Part shown: in pieces, positions 9,201 to 18,190 of the stretch | How the letters are laid out: each line of letters begins with the position of its first letter | How positions within the stretch are numbered: position 1 is the first letter of the stretch | Source: Dehalococcoidales bacterium | GTDB taxonomy: Bacteria > Chloroflexota > Dehalococcoidia > Dehalococcoidales > UBA2162 | Assembly: GCA_020354275.1 (NCBI GenBank) | Contig: CP070645.1 | Span: 258,497 to 295,129, forward strand | Reading direction: 5' to 3' | Length of the DNA stretch: 36,633 nt | Program-made: the position numbers and the translations under genes | Notes under the pieces: generated by a model | The model's database searches: none | Told to the model about the DNA's origin: nothing | The model's input: the letters and a program-made list of their open reading frames with translations, nothing else

Positions 9201-9709
9201 TTAAGTCATTAATAAGAAACCAAAAAGGGATGACCTTTGTTGAAGTGATAGTGGTCACCGCTATTATTGCGGCAATCACGGGGGCTTTTAGTTCGTCAAT
9301 CTTTGGCATCTTTCAGCACACTGAGAGCAGCAATGCTCACATGACCGCTGCCAGCAGCATAGAGAACGCTGCCCACCGTATTAGCACTGACGGACAGATG
9401 GCCCAGAATACTGACCTCGTTCCAGGTTCTGCTGCTGTAAGCAGTATAACCCTAAACTGGACCGACCCGGTCAGTTCTGACTCCTACGAAATCTACTATT
9501 TCCTGGCCGATGGTAACCTTCAACGCCGGGAATCAGTTAATGACATAGAACAGAGTACACAAACAATAGCTAAATATATAACCAGTATCGGATTTTACCA
9601 GGAAGCAGGTGATGAACAGTTATTTACCGTCGCTATCACCTCTTCAGGGTCAAGTCCCCGGGTGAGTGAAACCAAAGAGTACCATATTCTACTTAGAGCA
9701 ACTGATTGA
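9197..9709 (+). CDS. prepilin-type minor pilin
   Basis: Its start overlaps the previous stop (ATGA at 9197). The signal is NQKG/MTFVEVIVVTAIIAAITGAF, with Glu at +5. Confidence 0.75.
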   Translation: MIKSLIRNQKGMTFVEVIVVTAIIAAITGAFSSSIFGIFQHTESSNAHMTAASSIENAAHRISTDGQMAQNTDLVPGSAAVSSITLNWTDPVSSDSYEIYYFLADGNLQRRESVNDIEQSTQTIAKYITSIGFYQEAGDEQLFTVAITSSGSSPRVSETKEYHILLRATD

Positions 9710-9835
9710 CCATAAGGGAGGGTGTTTAAAAAGCTGAGTCTATTGCCCAATTTCTCCGGCACGGAAATTGAAACAATCATACCAGATCCATTCCCCCACT
9801 GGGGAAAATATAGAACAGGTTTTAAACGGTAAAAA

Positions 9836-10405
9836 ATGAAATATAAAAGGATATTTACAAGCATTCCATTTATAATCGGTATTTTCATTGTCATTTACGC
9901 TGGCTTTGGGCTGGTATATTTCCAGAAGCATAATGAATGGCGTGATATAAATGCTCAAATTATTCCTACTCGAACTGCTCTGAGTAAACCTTCTGCCGAC
10001 CTGGGGCAACTGGAAAGCCAGCTCAGCCAGATTGAATTCCAGTTTGAACAGGCCTGGGCAACTCTTCCTGATGCGAACCAGGGAATTGATCTATATGACG
10101 CCCTAATAGAGGTGGCCCGTCAGAGCAATGTAGACGTTATTAGTGTAGTGGCTTCTTCACCGGCAGACGGTCACTATGGCGGAATAACATTTACCACATT
10201 ACCATACAATATCAATGTACAAGGCAGTGAAACTGGTATCCTTAACTTCGTCTCCAACCTGGCCGACGGCCCGGGGTTATTAGAAAGCTCTGAGGTCCAA
10301 AACCTAATTATTATTAATGGTGAATCAGACAATGTCACGGGTATTAGCTCCAGCCAGGCGAGTTTTCAACTGGTTATATACGCCCAACCCAGCCAATCAC
10401 TGTAA
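9836..10405 (+). CDS. PilO-like pilus assembly protein (N-terminal TM, coiled coil, C-terminal alpha/beta domain)
   Basis: The TM helix is IPFIIGIFIVIYAGFGLVYF. A coiled segment (LGQLESQLSQIEFQFEQAW) follows, then LPDANQGIDLYDALIEVARQSNVDVISV, which is typical of PilO. The call rests on architecture and position only. Confidence 0.5.
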   Translation: MKYKRIFTSIPFIIGIFIVIYAGFGLVYFQKHNEWRDINAQIIPTRTALSKPSADLGQLESQLSQIEFQFEQAWATLPDANQGIDLYDALIEVARQSNVDVISVVASSPADGHYGGITFTTLPYNINVQGSETGILNFVSNLADGPGLLESSEVQNLIIINGESDNVTGISSSQASFQLVIYAQPSQSL

Positions 10406-10442
10406 ATTATATATATCTCAAGCGATATAAGGGAGTATAAAA

Positions 10443-11879
10443 TTGTTCTCTAAGAAAATTGTAACCTTGAATATCGAGAGTACTGACATCAGGCTTTTAA
10501 CTGTAGTTGGTAAACGGGTACAAGAGTGGAGCACCGCTTCCCTTGACTCTGATCTGGTAAAAGAGGGATTAATAATAGACCCCCCAGCAGTGAGTGCCGC
10601 CATCAGCCGGCTTATGGCTGACCAAGGAATCAAGGAGAAGGACATTATTACCAGCTTGAGCGGTTTTCAATCAGTCCAGCGTACTCTTGATCTGCCCAAG
10701 TTATCTCACCAATTAATTGGCGATGCCCTTCTAAGGGAAGCTAAAAGGACAATGCCTGTTTCTCTAGATCAGTTATATCTGTCCTGGCAAATCCTCCATG
10801 ACGGAGATCAAACTCAGCCTGTTTTTCTGTTGGGCATTCCCAGGAACTTAATGGACGCCCAGGTTGTATGCCTGCAGCAGGCCGGGATTTCTCCACGTAC
10901 TATGGAACTCAAGCCGCTGGCTTTAGCCAGAATGGTAAACCGGCCCGAAGCACTAATTGTTGATGTTGAAGAGGAGAATGCTGATATTATTGTAATATCA
11001 GGAGGGATCCCCATCATTATGCGCACCCTCAGCATGCGCATTGACCAGTCGCTGAGCAGGCGGCTACAATATTTGGTTGAAGAGTTTGAGCGAACCCTGC
11101 AATTCTATGCTTCCAACCACCCGGACGAACCTTTGGGCCGTTCGACTCCGCTCTTTCTAACCGGTGGACTGGCTAAGGACGTCGAAGTAGTCCAGGTAAT
11201 AACCGCCGGTATAGAATACAAAATAGAACCCTTGGAGTCTCCGTTTGAATCTCCCCCTGATTTCCCTTCAGAACAGTATGCTGTAAATATCGGCATGGCG
11301 CTGAAATATACATCCTTAATGAGAGACACAAGCATACCCGATGTCAACATATTGCCCGATAACTATCGCCCCCACCGGATGCCAGCCAAACAGATGCTCC
11401 TGGTTCCGGGGATTGTAGCCGGAATCGCGGTCATCCTACCCCTGTACCAGCTGGCAAATTCGGCTAATGTCGAGGTTTATCAGGCCCAGGCGGAATATAA
11501 TAAGGTCACTCAACAGCTCCAGATCAGACAACTGGAAAATAAAAGGGTTCAGGAGATTGAAGCTGCTATCGCCAAGATAGAAGAGAAAAAGCAGCAGCTG
11601 GAGACCAAGATAGAGGAACTTGGCGCCGGGCGTCTGGATATCTATGATACCCTCTCCACGGTCGCTGTTGAATGCCTGCCTTCTGGGGCGACCCTGTTCA
11701 GTACTTCATATTCAGGCGGGCAATTGAAACTGCAGGGCAACGCTACCAGTTATACACAGGCGCTGGAATACAGCCGCATTCTTGAGCAAACGGAAAAATT
11801 TGCCGTAGTGTGGATAAATTCGTTAAACGCTGCCGATGACGGCACGGTGAACTTCAGTATAACTCTAACACAGTCTTGA
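10443..11879 (+). CDS. PilM-PilN fusion protein (actin-like ATPase fold fused to a TM and coiled-coil PilN-like region)
   Basis: TTG start at 10443 follows AAGGGAG. The N-terminal ~300 aa is PilM-like (IVTLNIESTDIRLL..., LTGGLAKD). Next come NILPDNYRP (PilN-type motif), the TM helix LLVPGIVAGIAVILPLY, a coiled coil and a C-terminal domain. Confidence 0.7.
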   Translation: MFSKKIVTLNIESTDIRLLTVVGKRVQEWSTASLDSDLVKEGLIIDPPAVSAAISRLMADQGIKEKDIITSLSGFQSVQRTLDLPKLSHQLIGDALLREAKRTMPVSLDQLYLSWQILHDGDQTQPVFLLGIPRNLMDAQVVCLQQAGISPRTMELKPLALARMVNRPEALIVDVEEENADIIVISGGIPIIMRTLSMRIDQSLSRRLQYLVEEFERTLQFYASNHPDEPLGRSTPLFLTGGLAKDVEVVQVITAGIEYKIEPLESPFESPPDFPSEQYAVNIGMALKYTSLMRDTSIPDVNILPDNYRPHRMPAKQMLLVPGIVAGIAVILPLYQLANSANVEVYQAQAEYNKVTQQLQIRQLENKRVQEIEAAIAKIEEKKQQLETKIEELGAGRLDIYDTLSTVAVECLPSGATLFSTSYSGGQLKLQGNATSYTQALEYSRILEQTEKFAVVWINSLNAADDGTVNFSITLTQS

Positions 11880-11933
11880 TCCGCCACGGTCATACCCATA
11901 AAAGATATATAAATTGTGAAAGGTAATTAAACA

Positions 11934-13028
11934 ATGGACATTATCGATATTCTACAACTGGCAGTGAAGAGAAATGCCTCTGATATTCAAATCCTGGCTT
12001 TTTGCGCCCCGGTAATGAGGGTTGACGGTAAGTTGGTAACACTGGACACCCTCCCCCTGACAGCCGAAGATGTCCGGCAGATATTCGATGAAATAACCAA
12101 TGATGAGCAGAAAGAGAGCTTCAAGCGTGAACAGGAGCTTGACTTTGGTTATAATTTCTCGGGAGGTATCCGCTTTAGGGTGAACGCCCACCGACAGAAG
12201 GGGACTATTGGTCTCTCCTTCCGTCTGGTCCACAATACTATTCCCACTATCGAGGATTTAGGGCTTCCACTAATATGTCAGGAACTGGTAACCAAACCCC
12301 ATGGTTTAATACTGGTTACCGGACCCACCGGGTGCGGCAAATCCACTACCATGGCGGCGATGATTGAATACCTTAATCACTACCTGCGCCGACGTGTGGT
12401 TACCATTGAAGACCCTATAGAGTACGAATATGCCAGTGACCAGTGTGTCATATCACAACGCGAAATTAACTTCGATACACACTCATTTACGGCAGCACTG
12501 AAACACGTGCTCCGCCAGGATCCCGATGTCATCCTGGTCGGTGAAATGCGGGACCTAGAGACGGCAGCGGCGGTACTGATGGTTGCGGAGACCGGCCACC
12601 TGGTGATATCTACCGGCCATGCTCCCAGCGCCCATTATTCCATAGAAAGAATCGTTGACCTCTTTCCCGCCCACCAGCAACAGTTGGCCCTGGGGCGGCT
12701 GGCCGCTGTCCTTCAGGGAGTGCTTTGCCAGAGGTTAATACCCAAAGCTGACGGCGCCGGACGGGTACCCGCGGTAGAGGTAATGCTGGCAACTCCGGCA
12801 GTGAGAAACCTCATCCGGGAGAACAAGACCTACCAGTTGCCTAATGTCATCCGTACCAGCTCGCAGAGCGGCATGCGCACCATGGACGAAGCATTATCGA
12901 CACTCTATCTCACCAAGCAGATTAGTAAAAAGGAACTTTTCGATAATTGCGCCGATGAAGAGGAAGTGGTCAGGATAATCGGTGAGCCAAGACGAGGTGT
13001 TGCCCTGCATAGAGCGGTATCATACTAG
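11934..13028 (+). CDS. pilT: type IV pilus retraction ATPase PilT
   Basis: It is 364 aa. Walker A is GPTGCGKST and Walker B is DPDVILVGEMRD. It has no T2SE_N extension. LIRENKTYQL is typical of PilT. Confidence 0.85.
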   Translation: MDIIDILQLAVKRNASDIQILAFCAPVMRVDGKLVTLDTLPLTAEDVRQIFDEITNDEQKESFKREQELDFGYNFSGGIRFRVNAHRQKGTIGLSFRLVHNTIPTIEDLGLPLICQELVTKPHGLILVTGPTGCGKSTTMAAMIEYLNHYLRRRVVTIEDPIEYEYASDQCVISQREINFDTHSFTAALKHVLRQDPDVILVGEMRDLETAAAVLMVAETGHLVISTGHAPSAHYSIERIVDLFPAHQQQLALGRLAAVLQGVLCQRLIPKADGAGRVPAVEVMLATPAVRNLIRENKTYQLPNVIRTSSQSGMRTMDEALSTLYLTKQISKKELFDNCADEEEVVRIIGEPRRGVALHRAVSY

Positions 13029-13123
13029 TCTCCTGACGGTTACTCCTAATACGCCACCAGAGCATACGTTTCTTCAAAAAGATCCTGTTATTCAGAGCTA
13101 ATAATATACACAACATAAAAAGA

Positions 13124-13158
13124 ACAGACACCTCTTTTCAAGGTGTCTGTCTTATTTT
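13124..13158. terminator. bidirectional intrinsic terminator between convergent pilT and the major pilin gene
   Basis: CAGACACCT (13125..13133) pairs with AGGTGTCTG (13141..13149) across a 7-nt loop. An A-run lies on the left and a T-run on the right. A separate perfect 20-nt palindrome, AGCTAAAGCCGGCTTTAGCT, sits at 13171..13190. Confidence 0.75.
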
Positions 13159-13212
13159 CCTGCTTGCTAAAGCTAAAGCCGGCTTTAGCTTAAACTGTAC
13201 ACAGGTACCAGA

Positions 13213-13656
13213 TTACGGTGCAGAATCAACTCCGATCTCATTATTGGATGTTCCGCTACCGCCACTTGTCCACCACCCGCGGCAGGTTCCGTCAGAATCA
13301 ACGCTATACCAGAACTCTGTTGTGTCCTTCTGCAGATAATGAGTATTACCAAACAGGCTAACATTATCTGAATTACTGGTGGTGGGGAAATAGGTCATGT
13401 CATTGTACGGAGATGTAGTAGTTGAGCAAGGGTTCGTGATTGACGTAATACCCAGGTCTGCCATCATCGCCGTCACCGCTGTCTGGATACTGTGCAGCTC
13501 GGTCAACCCTGACTCGTCTTTGCCCTGGCCCATGAACTTACTGACATTGGGTACCACCACTGCAGCCAGTACGCCTAGGATAGCAATTACCACCAGGAGC
13601 TCAATCAGGGTAAACCCCTTTTCGCCATAACGAAAGTGCTTCAGGAATTTTTTCAC
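13213..13656 (-). CDS. pilA: major type IV pilin (prepilin with N-terminal methylation motif)
   Basis: The leader is MKKFLKHFRYGEKG/FTLIELLVVIAILGVLAAVVVP. It is 147 aa. GGAGG lies upstream (reverse complement of 13664..13671). Confidence 0.85.
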   Translation of the reverse strand: MKKFLKHFRYGEKGFTLIELLVVIAILGVLAAVVVPNVSKFMGQGKDESGLTELHSIQTAVTAMMADLGITSITNPCSTTTSPYNDMTYFPTTSNSDNVSLFGNTHYLQKDTTEFWYSVDSDGTCRGWWTSGGSGTSNNEIGVDSAP

Positions 13657-13828
13657 GTTTCACCTCCTCTCGTGAATTGTTTCCAATGCTGATACTGGTG
13701 TTAACTTCACTGTCTCCATACTATCGTCCAGGCAGCCTAGAGTAAATAGCCTAAAGGTAATAACCGAGATAGGAAAATTATCCTATTGTATTGACGCAAC
13801 ATGTAGTCATACAGTATTTACAATAGTA

Positions 13829-14602
13829 ATGGATGGTATATTTAGTAATAGACTGGTTATGCTACCATTGTTTATCCTGCTGGGAGTAGTGGTAGGCAGT
13901 TTCCTCAATGTCTGTATTGATCGTCTGCCGGAGCGCCAATCGCTTTTCAGACCGCGTTCTCATTGCCCAGTGTGCCAGCACCGACTGGCTATTAGCGACC
14001 TGATCCCGCTCTTCAGCTATCTCTGGCTGCGAAGGCGTTGCCGTTATTGCGGGGCCCCTATACCCCAGCGCCTATTCTGGGTAGAACTGGTCACGGCACT
14101 ACTCTTTGCATTCTTATGGTGCAGTTACGGCCCCGGCGTCCAGCTAGGAATATTATTAGCTTATGGTTGCCTATTTATAGTTATTTTCGTTATTGACCTA
14201 GAACGGGGCCTCATTCTCAACAGGCTGGTGTATCCGGCCGCTCTGTTGACCCTAGCGCTGGTGCCACTCCGCCCTGAACTTACCATCGTCAACTCGTTAA
14301 TAGGAGGTGGAATCGGCCTGGCACTCCTACTCCTGCCGGTAATCGTCTTTCGTGGCGGAATTGGTTGGGGTGATGTTAAGATGGCCGGACTGATAGGCCT
14401 GGCAACCGGCTCGCCTGTTGTCTTCACTGCCATTATCAGCGCCATTATCGTCGGCGGGTTGATTGCCGGTATTCTACTCCTGCTGTCGGTGAAGAAACGC
14501 GGGGATACCATACCATTCGGGCCATTCTTGTGCTTGGGTGCTATGGCCGGGCTGCTGTGGGGGAGTACCATCTACGACTGGTATATTGGTCTATTCTCGT
14601 AG
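13829..14602 (+). CDS. pilD: prepilin peptidase (A24 family)
   Basis: The N-terminal zinc motif is CPVCQH...CRYCG. It is polytopic. The catalytic Asp motifs are GWGDVKMAGLIG and IPFGPFLCLG. Confidence 0.88.
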   Translation: MDGIFSNRLVMLPLFILLGVVVGSFLNVCIDRLPERQSLFRPRSHCPVCQHRLAISDLIPLFSYLWLRRRCRYCGAPIPQRLFWVELVTALLFAFLWCSYGPGVQLGILLAYGCLFIVIFVIDLERGLILNRLVYPAALLTLALVPLRPELTIVNSLIGGGIGLALLLLPVIVFRGGIGWGDVKMAGLIGLATGSPVVFTAIISAIIVGGLIAGILLLLSVKKRGDTIPFGPFLCLGAMAGLLWGSTIYDWYIGLFS

Positions 14603-14685
14603 TTATACCGGAACTTGAAGCAACCAGACCTGCTTATTTATATGACAAACCAAGGTTGACAAGGGCACAAAATGACAGCGTAGAA

Positions 14686-14732
14686 AGAAGGCGTCTCATA
14701 CCAACCTGAGGCTAAGTATGGGACGCCCTTCT
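14686..14732. terminator. imperfect hairpin between convergent pilD and CoA-transferase genes
   Basis: AGAAGGCGTCTCATAC (14686..14701) pairs imperfectly with GTATGGGACGCCCTTCT (14716..14732). Confidence 0.45.
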
Positions 14733-14812
14733 AAATAAGCACATCCGTTGCTACAATGGTCTTTTAATCCACTGTTTAATTATACCGACACCAGATAAAC
14801 CTAGCATACCTC

Positions 14813-16345
14813 TTACTCAACAGCACCTTCTATCACCAGTTGGACGACCTCCTCATCCGACATACCCAGTAGCTCTTTCAATATATATTCATTATGCTCG
14901 CCTAGCGTGGGGGCACTCTTTAACTGAGTTAATGACTTCGATAGCTTGAATGCCGTGCCCGCTGCCCGGTACTTCCCTATCTCCGGATGGTCAAGCTCCT
15001 CAAAGAGACCGCGATACTTCAATTGTGCGTCCTTGTCCATCAGGTCCTGCCCGGTCTCCAGAATACCGGCTGCCACACCGGCTTCCTGCATCCTGGTCAT
15101 TACCTCCTCGGCCGAGAAGTTGATTGTCCATTCCCCTATCAACCGGTCCATCTCCTCCTCGTTCTCCTGCCTAGACTTTAGTGTGCTGAACTTGGCATCC
15201 TTCGTCCATTCCGGATTACCGATTACACGGCAGAAACTCTGCCACTCTTCATCGGTCTGCACAACAATAGCACACCACCGATCCTCGGACTTGCAGGAAT
15301 AGGCTCCGTGCGGCATCGCTACAGCAGCCCTTTCGGCAAACTCAGCATCCTCGGCCAGCTCTACCTCGCCACGCTCAAGCCTTCGTACCGGCATATTAAA
15401 CCGCCTTAACATATTGGTAATTTCGCCAGGGGACCGTTCCATTGTCCATTCCTCCATCAGCATATCCAGCTCCGACTTGTTTGCCTTTCTCCCCTCAAGA
15501 GTGCTGAACCGCTCTTCCTGGACCCACTCGGTTTCACTCATCAACCAGCACATTATTTTCCATTCCTCGTCCGTAGCGACAGAAATACCACACCACCTGT
15601 TTTCGGAACGGCAACGATAGACGCCGTGTGGGGCAGCATAAGGAGAACTGTTACCAACCCTGGTGGCAACCCGCTGGTTGACCACATTGTCCAGTATTAG
15701 TGGGCTTAAGAAATGTATTGCGTTCTCATACTGCGATAAATCAAGGTACTGCCCCTTGCCGGTGCGGCGCCGGTAGTCCAGTGCCGCCAATATGGCCAGT
15801 ACACTAAAACGGGGCACTATATAGTCCGGATAAGGGCCATCCGGGGGTGAAGGCTCCTCACCAGGCCAGCCGGTTATATAATAAAAACCGGACAGAGCCG
15901 TCAGCTGGTACCCCGTCCCCGGATGATCGGCATGCGGCCCTGTCTGTCCCTGCATGCAGGCACTGAGCATGATAATGTCCGGCTTAACCTTCCTGAGATC
16001 CTCATAACCCAATCCCATCCTCTTCATTACACCCCCGGCATAGTTCTCAACGACAACATCAGCCCGGGAAACCAGCTTCTTAGCAATCTCTATCCCCTTG
16101 GGATCGGCCAGATTAAGGGCAATGCTCATTTTGCCGGCGTTGTACTGGTTGAAATCGCCACTACGGTCTACACCCGATTCGCCATCCTTATAAGGCCCGG
16201 TGGTTCGTTGGGGATCAACCCTGGTCCGGCCTTCGATACTGATAACCTCGGCGCCACAGGCAGCCAGCGTCTTGGTCGTCTGCGGCCCGGCAACATACCA
16301 GGTAAAACCAACGACCTTGATTCCCTCTAACGGTTTCTTCTCCAT
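14813..16345 (-). CDS. family III CoA-transferase (CaiB/BaiF) with internally duplicated small-domain segment
   Basis: The N-terminus LEGIKVVGFTWYVAGPQTTKTLAACGAEVISIE is typical of family III. At 510 aa it is ~100 aa longer than usual, because of a tandem repeat of an ~83-aa segment (aa 238..320 and 344..426). Confidence 0.85.
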   Translation of the reverse strand: MEKKPLEGIKVVGFTWYVAGPQTTKTLAACGAEVISIEGRTRVDPQRTTGPYKDGESGVDRSGDFNQYNAGKMSIALNLADPKGIEIAKKLVSRADVVVENYAGGVMKRMGLGYEDLRKVKPDIIMLSACMQGQTGPHADHPGTGYQLTALSGFYYITGWPGEEPSPPDGPYPDYIVPRFSVLAILAALDYRRRTGKGQYLDLSQYENAIHFLSPLILDNVVNQRVATRVGNSSPYAAPHGVYRCRSENRWCGISVATDEEWKIMCWLMSETEWVQEERFSTLEGRKANKSELDMLMEEWTMERSPGEITNMLRRFNMPVRRLERGEVELAEDAEFAERAAVAMPHGAYSCKSEDRWCAIVVQTDEEWQSFCRVIGNPEWTKDAKFSTLKSRQENEEEMDRLIGEWTINFSAEEVMTRMQEAGVAAGILETGQDLMDKDAQLKYRGLFEELDHPEIGKYRAAGTAFKLSKSLTQLKSAPTLGEHNEYILKELLGMSDEEVVQLVIEGAVE

Positions 16346-16377
16346 TCTCTCCCTCCTGATATCCCTTTCTTCCTTTT

Positions 16378-17682
16378 CTATATAACTCCAGCCTGCTTCA
16401 AAGACTGTATCTCTTCCGCAGACATGCCCAGCTCCTGCTGGTAAACCTCCTCGTTGTGCTCTCCGATAAGTGGTGCACGGCGCGATATCCCGGGAGGTGT
16501 CTCCGATGCCCAGGTAAATGCGCCGGGATAGGTGATGGTGGTGTCTAGCTCAGGGTGTTCCACTTCTGCCCAGAACCCCCTGGCAGCCAGCTGGGCACTC
16601 TCCAGAATAGCAGCGGTATTGTTCAGGGGATAAAGGGTAACCCGGTGTTTTACCGCCCCATCCATTAACTCAGCCATCGTGTGTGACATGAAGAACTTGC
16701 CTGTCGGCTCCTCCAGGGCTTCTCGCCTGGTCTGCAAGCGCTGCCTTCTCTCATCAGGGGTCTCTTCCAGTAATTCTTCAGGGGTCGGCGGGACGCCAAA
16801 TGCCTCCCAGTCAAATTCCCTCAGGAAGTCGTTAGCCATTCCCTCGCTGTCCATCCACTCTATAAGTGGCGGGTTCCGCCGCTTTCCCGCCTCGCCAGGG
16901 AAGAAGAACCACATGACAAAGCCGTCCTTACATGGCCACACCCGTTGCATCCTGGCAACTTCCCTGGTGGACTCCGGATCCTGCCTTGGTCTAATTGTTT
17001 GCCCATGGTCCCAGGAGGCAGTTAACATATATGTCGCCTGGGCCAGTGATGACTGAATGGAAAGGTCAACATGCTGCCCTTTACCACTCGATTGTTTCTC
17101 GAAAAGAGCCACCATAGCACCCACCGCAGCCTCAACAGAACCGTGCAGATATGCCTGAGCATGGTGGCTTATCTGCACCGGGGGGTGCTCGGGAGGGCCA
17201 ACCGAGTACATCTGGCCACCCATCCCCCAGGCTACAATATCAGGGGCTTTATAGCCCCGGTACGGCCCACTCTGGCCAAAGGGCGTAATCGATACCATGA
17301 TGACACCGGGATTGACCTTCTCCAGGTCAGCATACCCCAGACCAAGCCCATCCAGATAACCCGGCGCGAAAGACTCTATAACTATATCAGCGCCCTTAAC
17401 CAGCCTTTTCAATATCTCCCGCCCTTCAGCCTTTTCTATGTCCAGGGTGATACCCCGCTTGCTGGTGTTGAAAGCAAACCAGAAAAGGCTCTTCTCCGGG
17501 TCAACCTCATCATGATAGAAGGGGCCTATATTCCGGGTAGCGTCACCACCCGGCCTCTCAACCTTGATAACATCAGCCCCCAGATCACCCAGTAACTTGC
17601 CACACATAAGACCCTTCTCGTCGGTCAGGTCCAGTACCCGGTAGGGGCTCAGCATCCCCTCAATCCTCTCCTTTGTTGTCAT
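16378..17682 (-). CDS. family III CoA-transferase (CaiB/BaiF)
   Basis: The N-terminus is YRVLDLTDEKGLMCGKLLGDLGADVIKVERPGGD. It is 434 aa and sits 32 nt upstream of the previous CoA-transferase on the same strand. Confidence 0.85.
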   Translation of the reverse strand: MTTKERIEGMLSPYRVLDLTDEKGLMCGKLLGDLGADVIKVERPGGDATRNIGPFYHDEVDPEKSLFWFAFNTSKRGITLDIEKAEGREILKRLVKGADIVIESFAPGYLDGLGLGYADLEKVNPGVIMVSITPFGQSGPYRGYKAPDIVAWGMGGQMYSVGPPEHPPVQISHHAQAYLHGSVEAAVGAMVALFEKQSSGKGQHVDLSIQSSLAQATYMLTASWDHGQTIRPRQDPESTREVARMQRVWPCKDGFVMWFFFPGEAGKRRNPPLIEWMDSEGMANDFLREFDWEAFGVPPTPEELLEETPDERRQRLQTRREALEEPTGKFFMSHTMAELMDGAVKHRVTLYPLNNTAAILESAQLAARGFWAEVEHPELDTTITYPGAFTWASETPPGISRRAPLIGEHNEEVYQQELGMSAEEIQSLKQAGVI

Positions 17683-17932
17683 AATCGCCCTCCGTTTTAA
17701 ATGTTAGAGATAGTTCTTGATCAGCGGCAGTGATACGTAACAAAGAGAAATATATTATCTGCGATAAAAACTGTCAAATTTTCAGGCACTTTTTCCCCAC
17801 CTGTTTCACCAAGTATCCTCTGCCGCCACTTCCCGTAGAATATGATTTAAATCATAGTTAACCTGCCAGCCCTGTGTTATCATTTTAATAAAATATATAA
17901 AACCAGACAGAGCTGAAGAGGGAGGTAAAATA

Positions 17933-18166
17933 ATGGCAACGATGAAATGCCCGGGTCAGGACATGCGAAATTTACGTGTGGAGTTATTCAAATGCCCCGG
18001 CTGTGGCGGTGAGGTTGAGGTCTTCTCCGACGAAATGAGGGTGAAATGCCAGAAATGCGGCCAGCGTGTCTATCGCGATAGCGTCCCGTCATGCATCGAG
18101 TGGTGCGCCTCCGCCCGTCAGTGCCTGGGAGAAGAAAGATGGCGTCAATTACACGGCGGAGACTAG
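17933..18166 (+). CDS. small Cys-rich zinc-ribbon protein
   Basis: GGAGGT precedes ATG 17933. Cys motifs are CPGQD...CPGCGG...CQKCGQ, plus CIEWC...C. It is 77 aa. Confidence 0.6.
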   Translation: MATMKCPGQDMRNLRVELFKCPGCGGEVEVFSDEMRVKCQKCGQRVYRDSVPSCIEWCASARQCLGEERWRQLHGGD

Positions 18167-18190
18167 CCAGGACCGGTAAGGAGATATGCC

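Noticed and set aside
9721-9831. A possible 37-codon ORF (GTG 9721, MFKKLSLLPNFSGTEIETI...) lies between the second minor pilin and the PilO-like gene.
   Set aside because: The GTG abuts the AAGGGAGG with essentially no spacer. The peptide has no pilin signal or TM segment, and it is too short to support without expression or conservation data.
13657-13790. A sigma54 (GG-N10-GC) promoter upstream of the major pilin gene, as in many proteobacteria.
   Set aside because: No TGGCAC-N5-TTGC-like element was found on the pilA strand, and no sigma54 activator gene is in the window.
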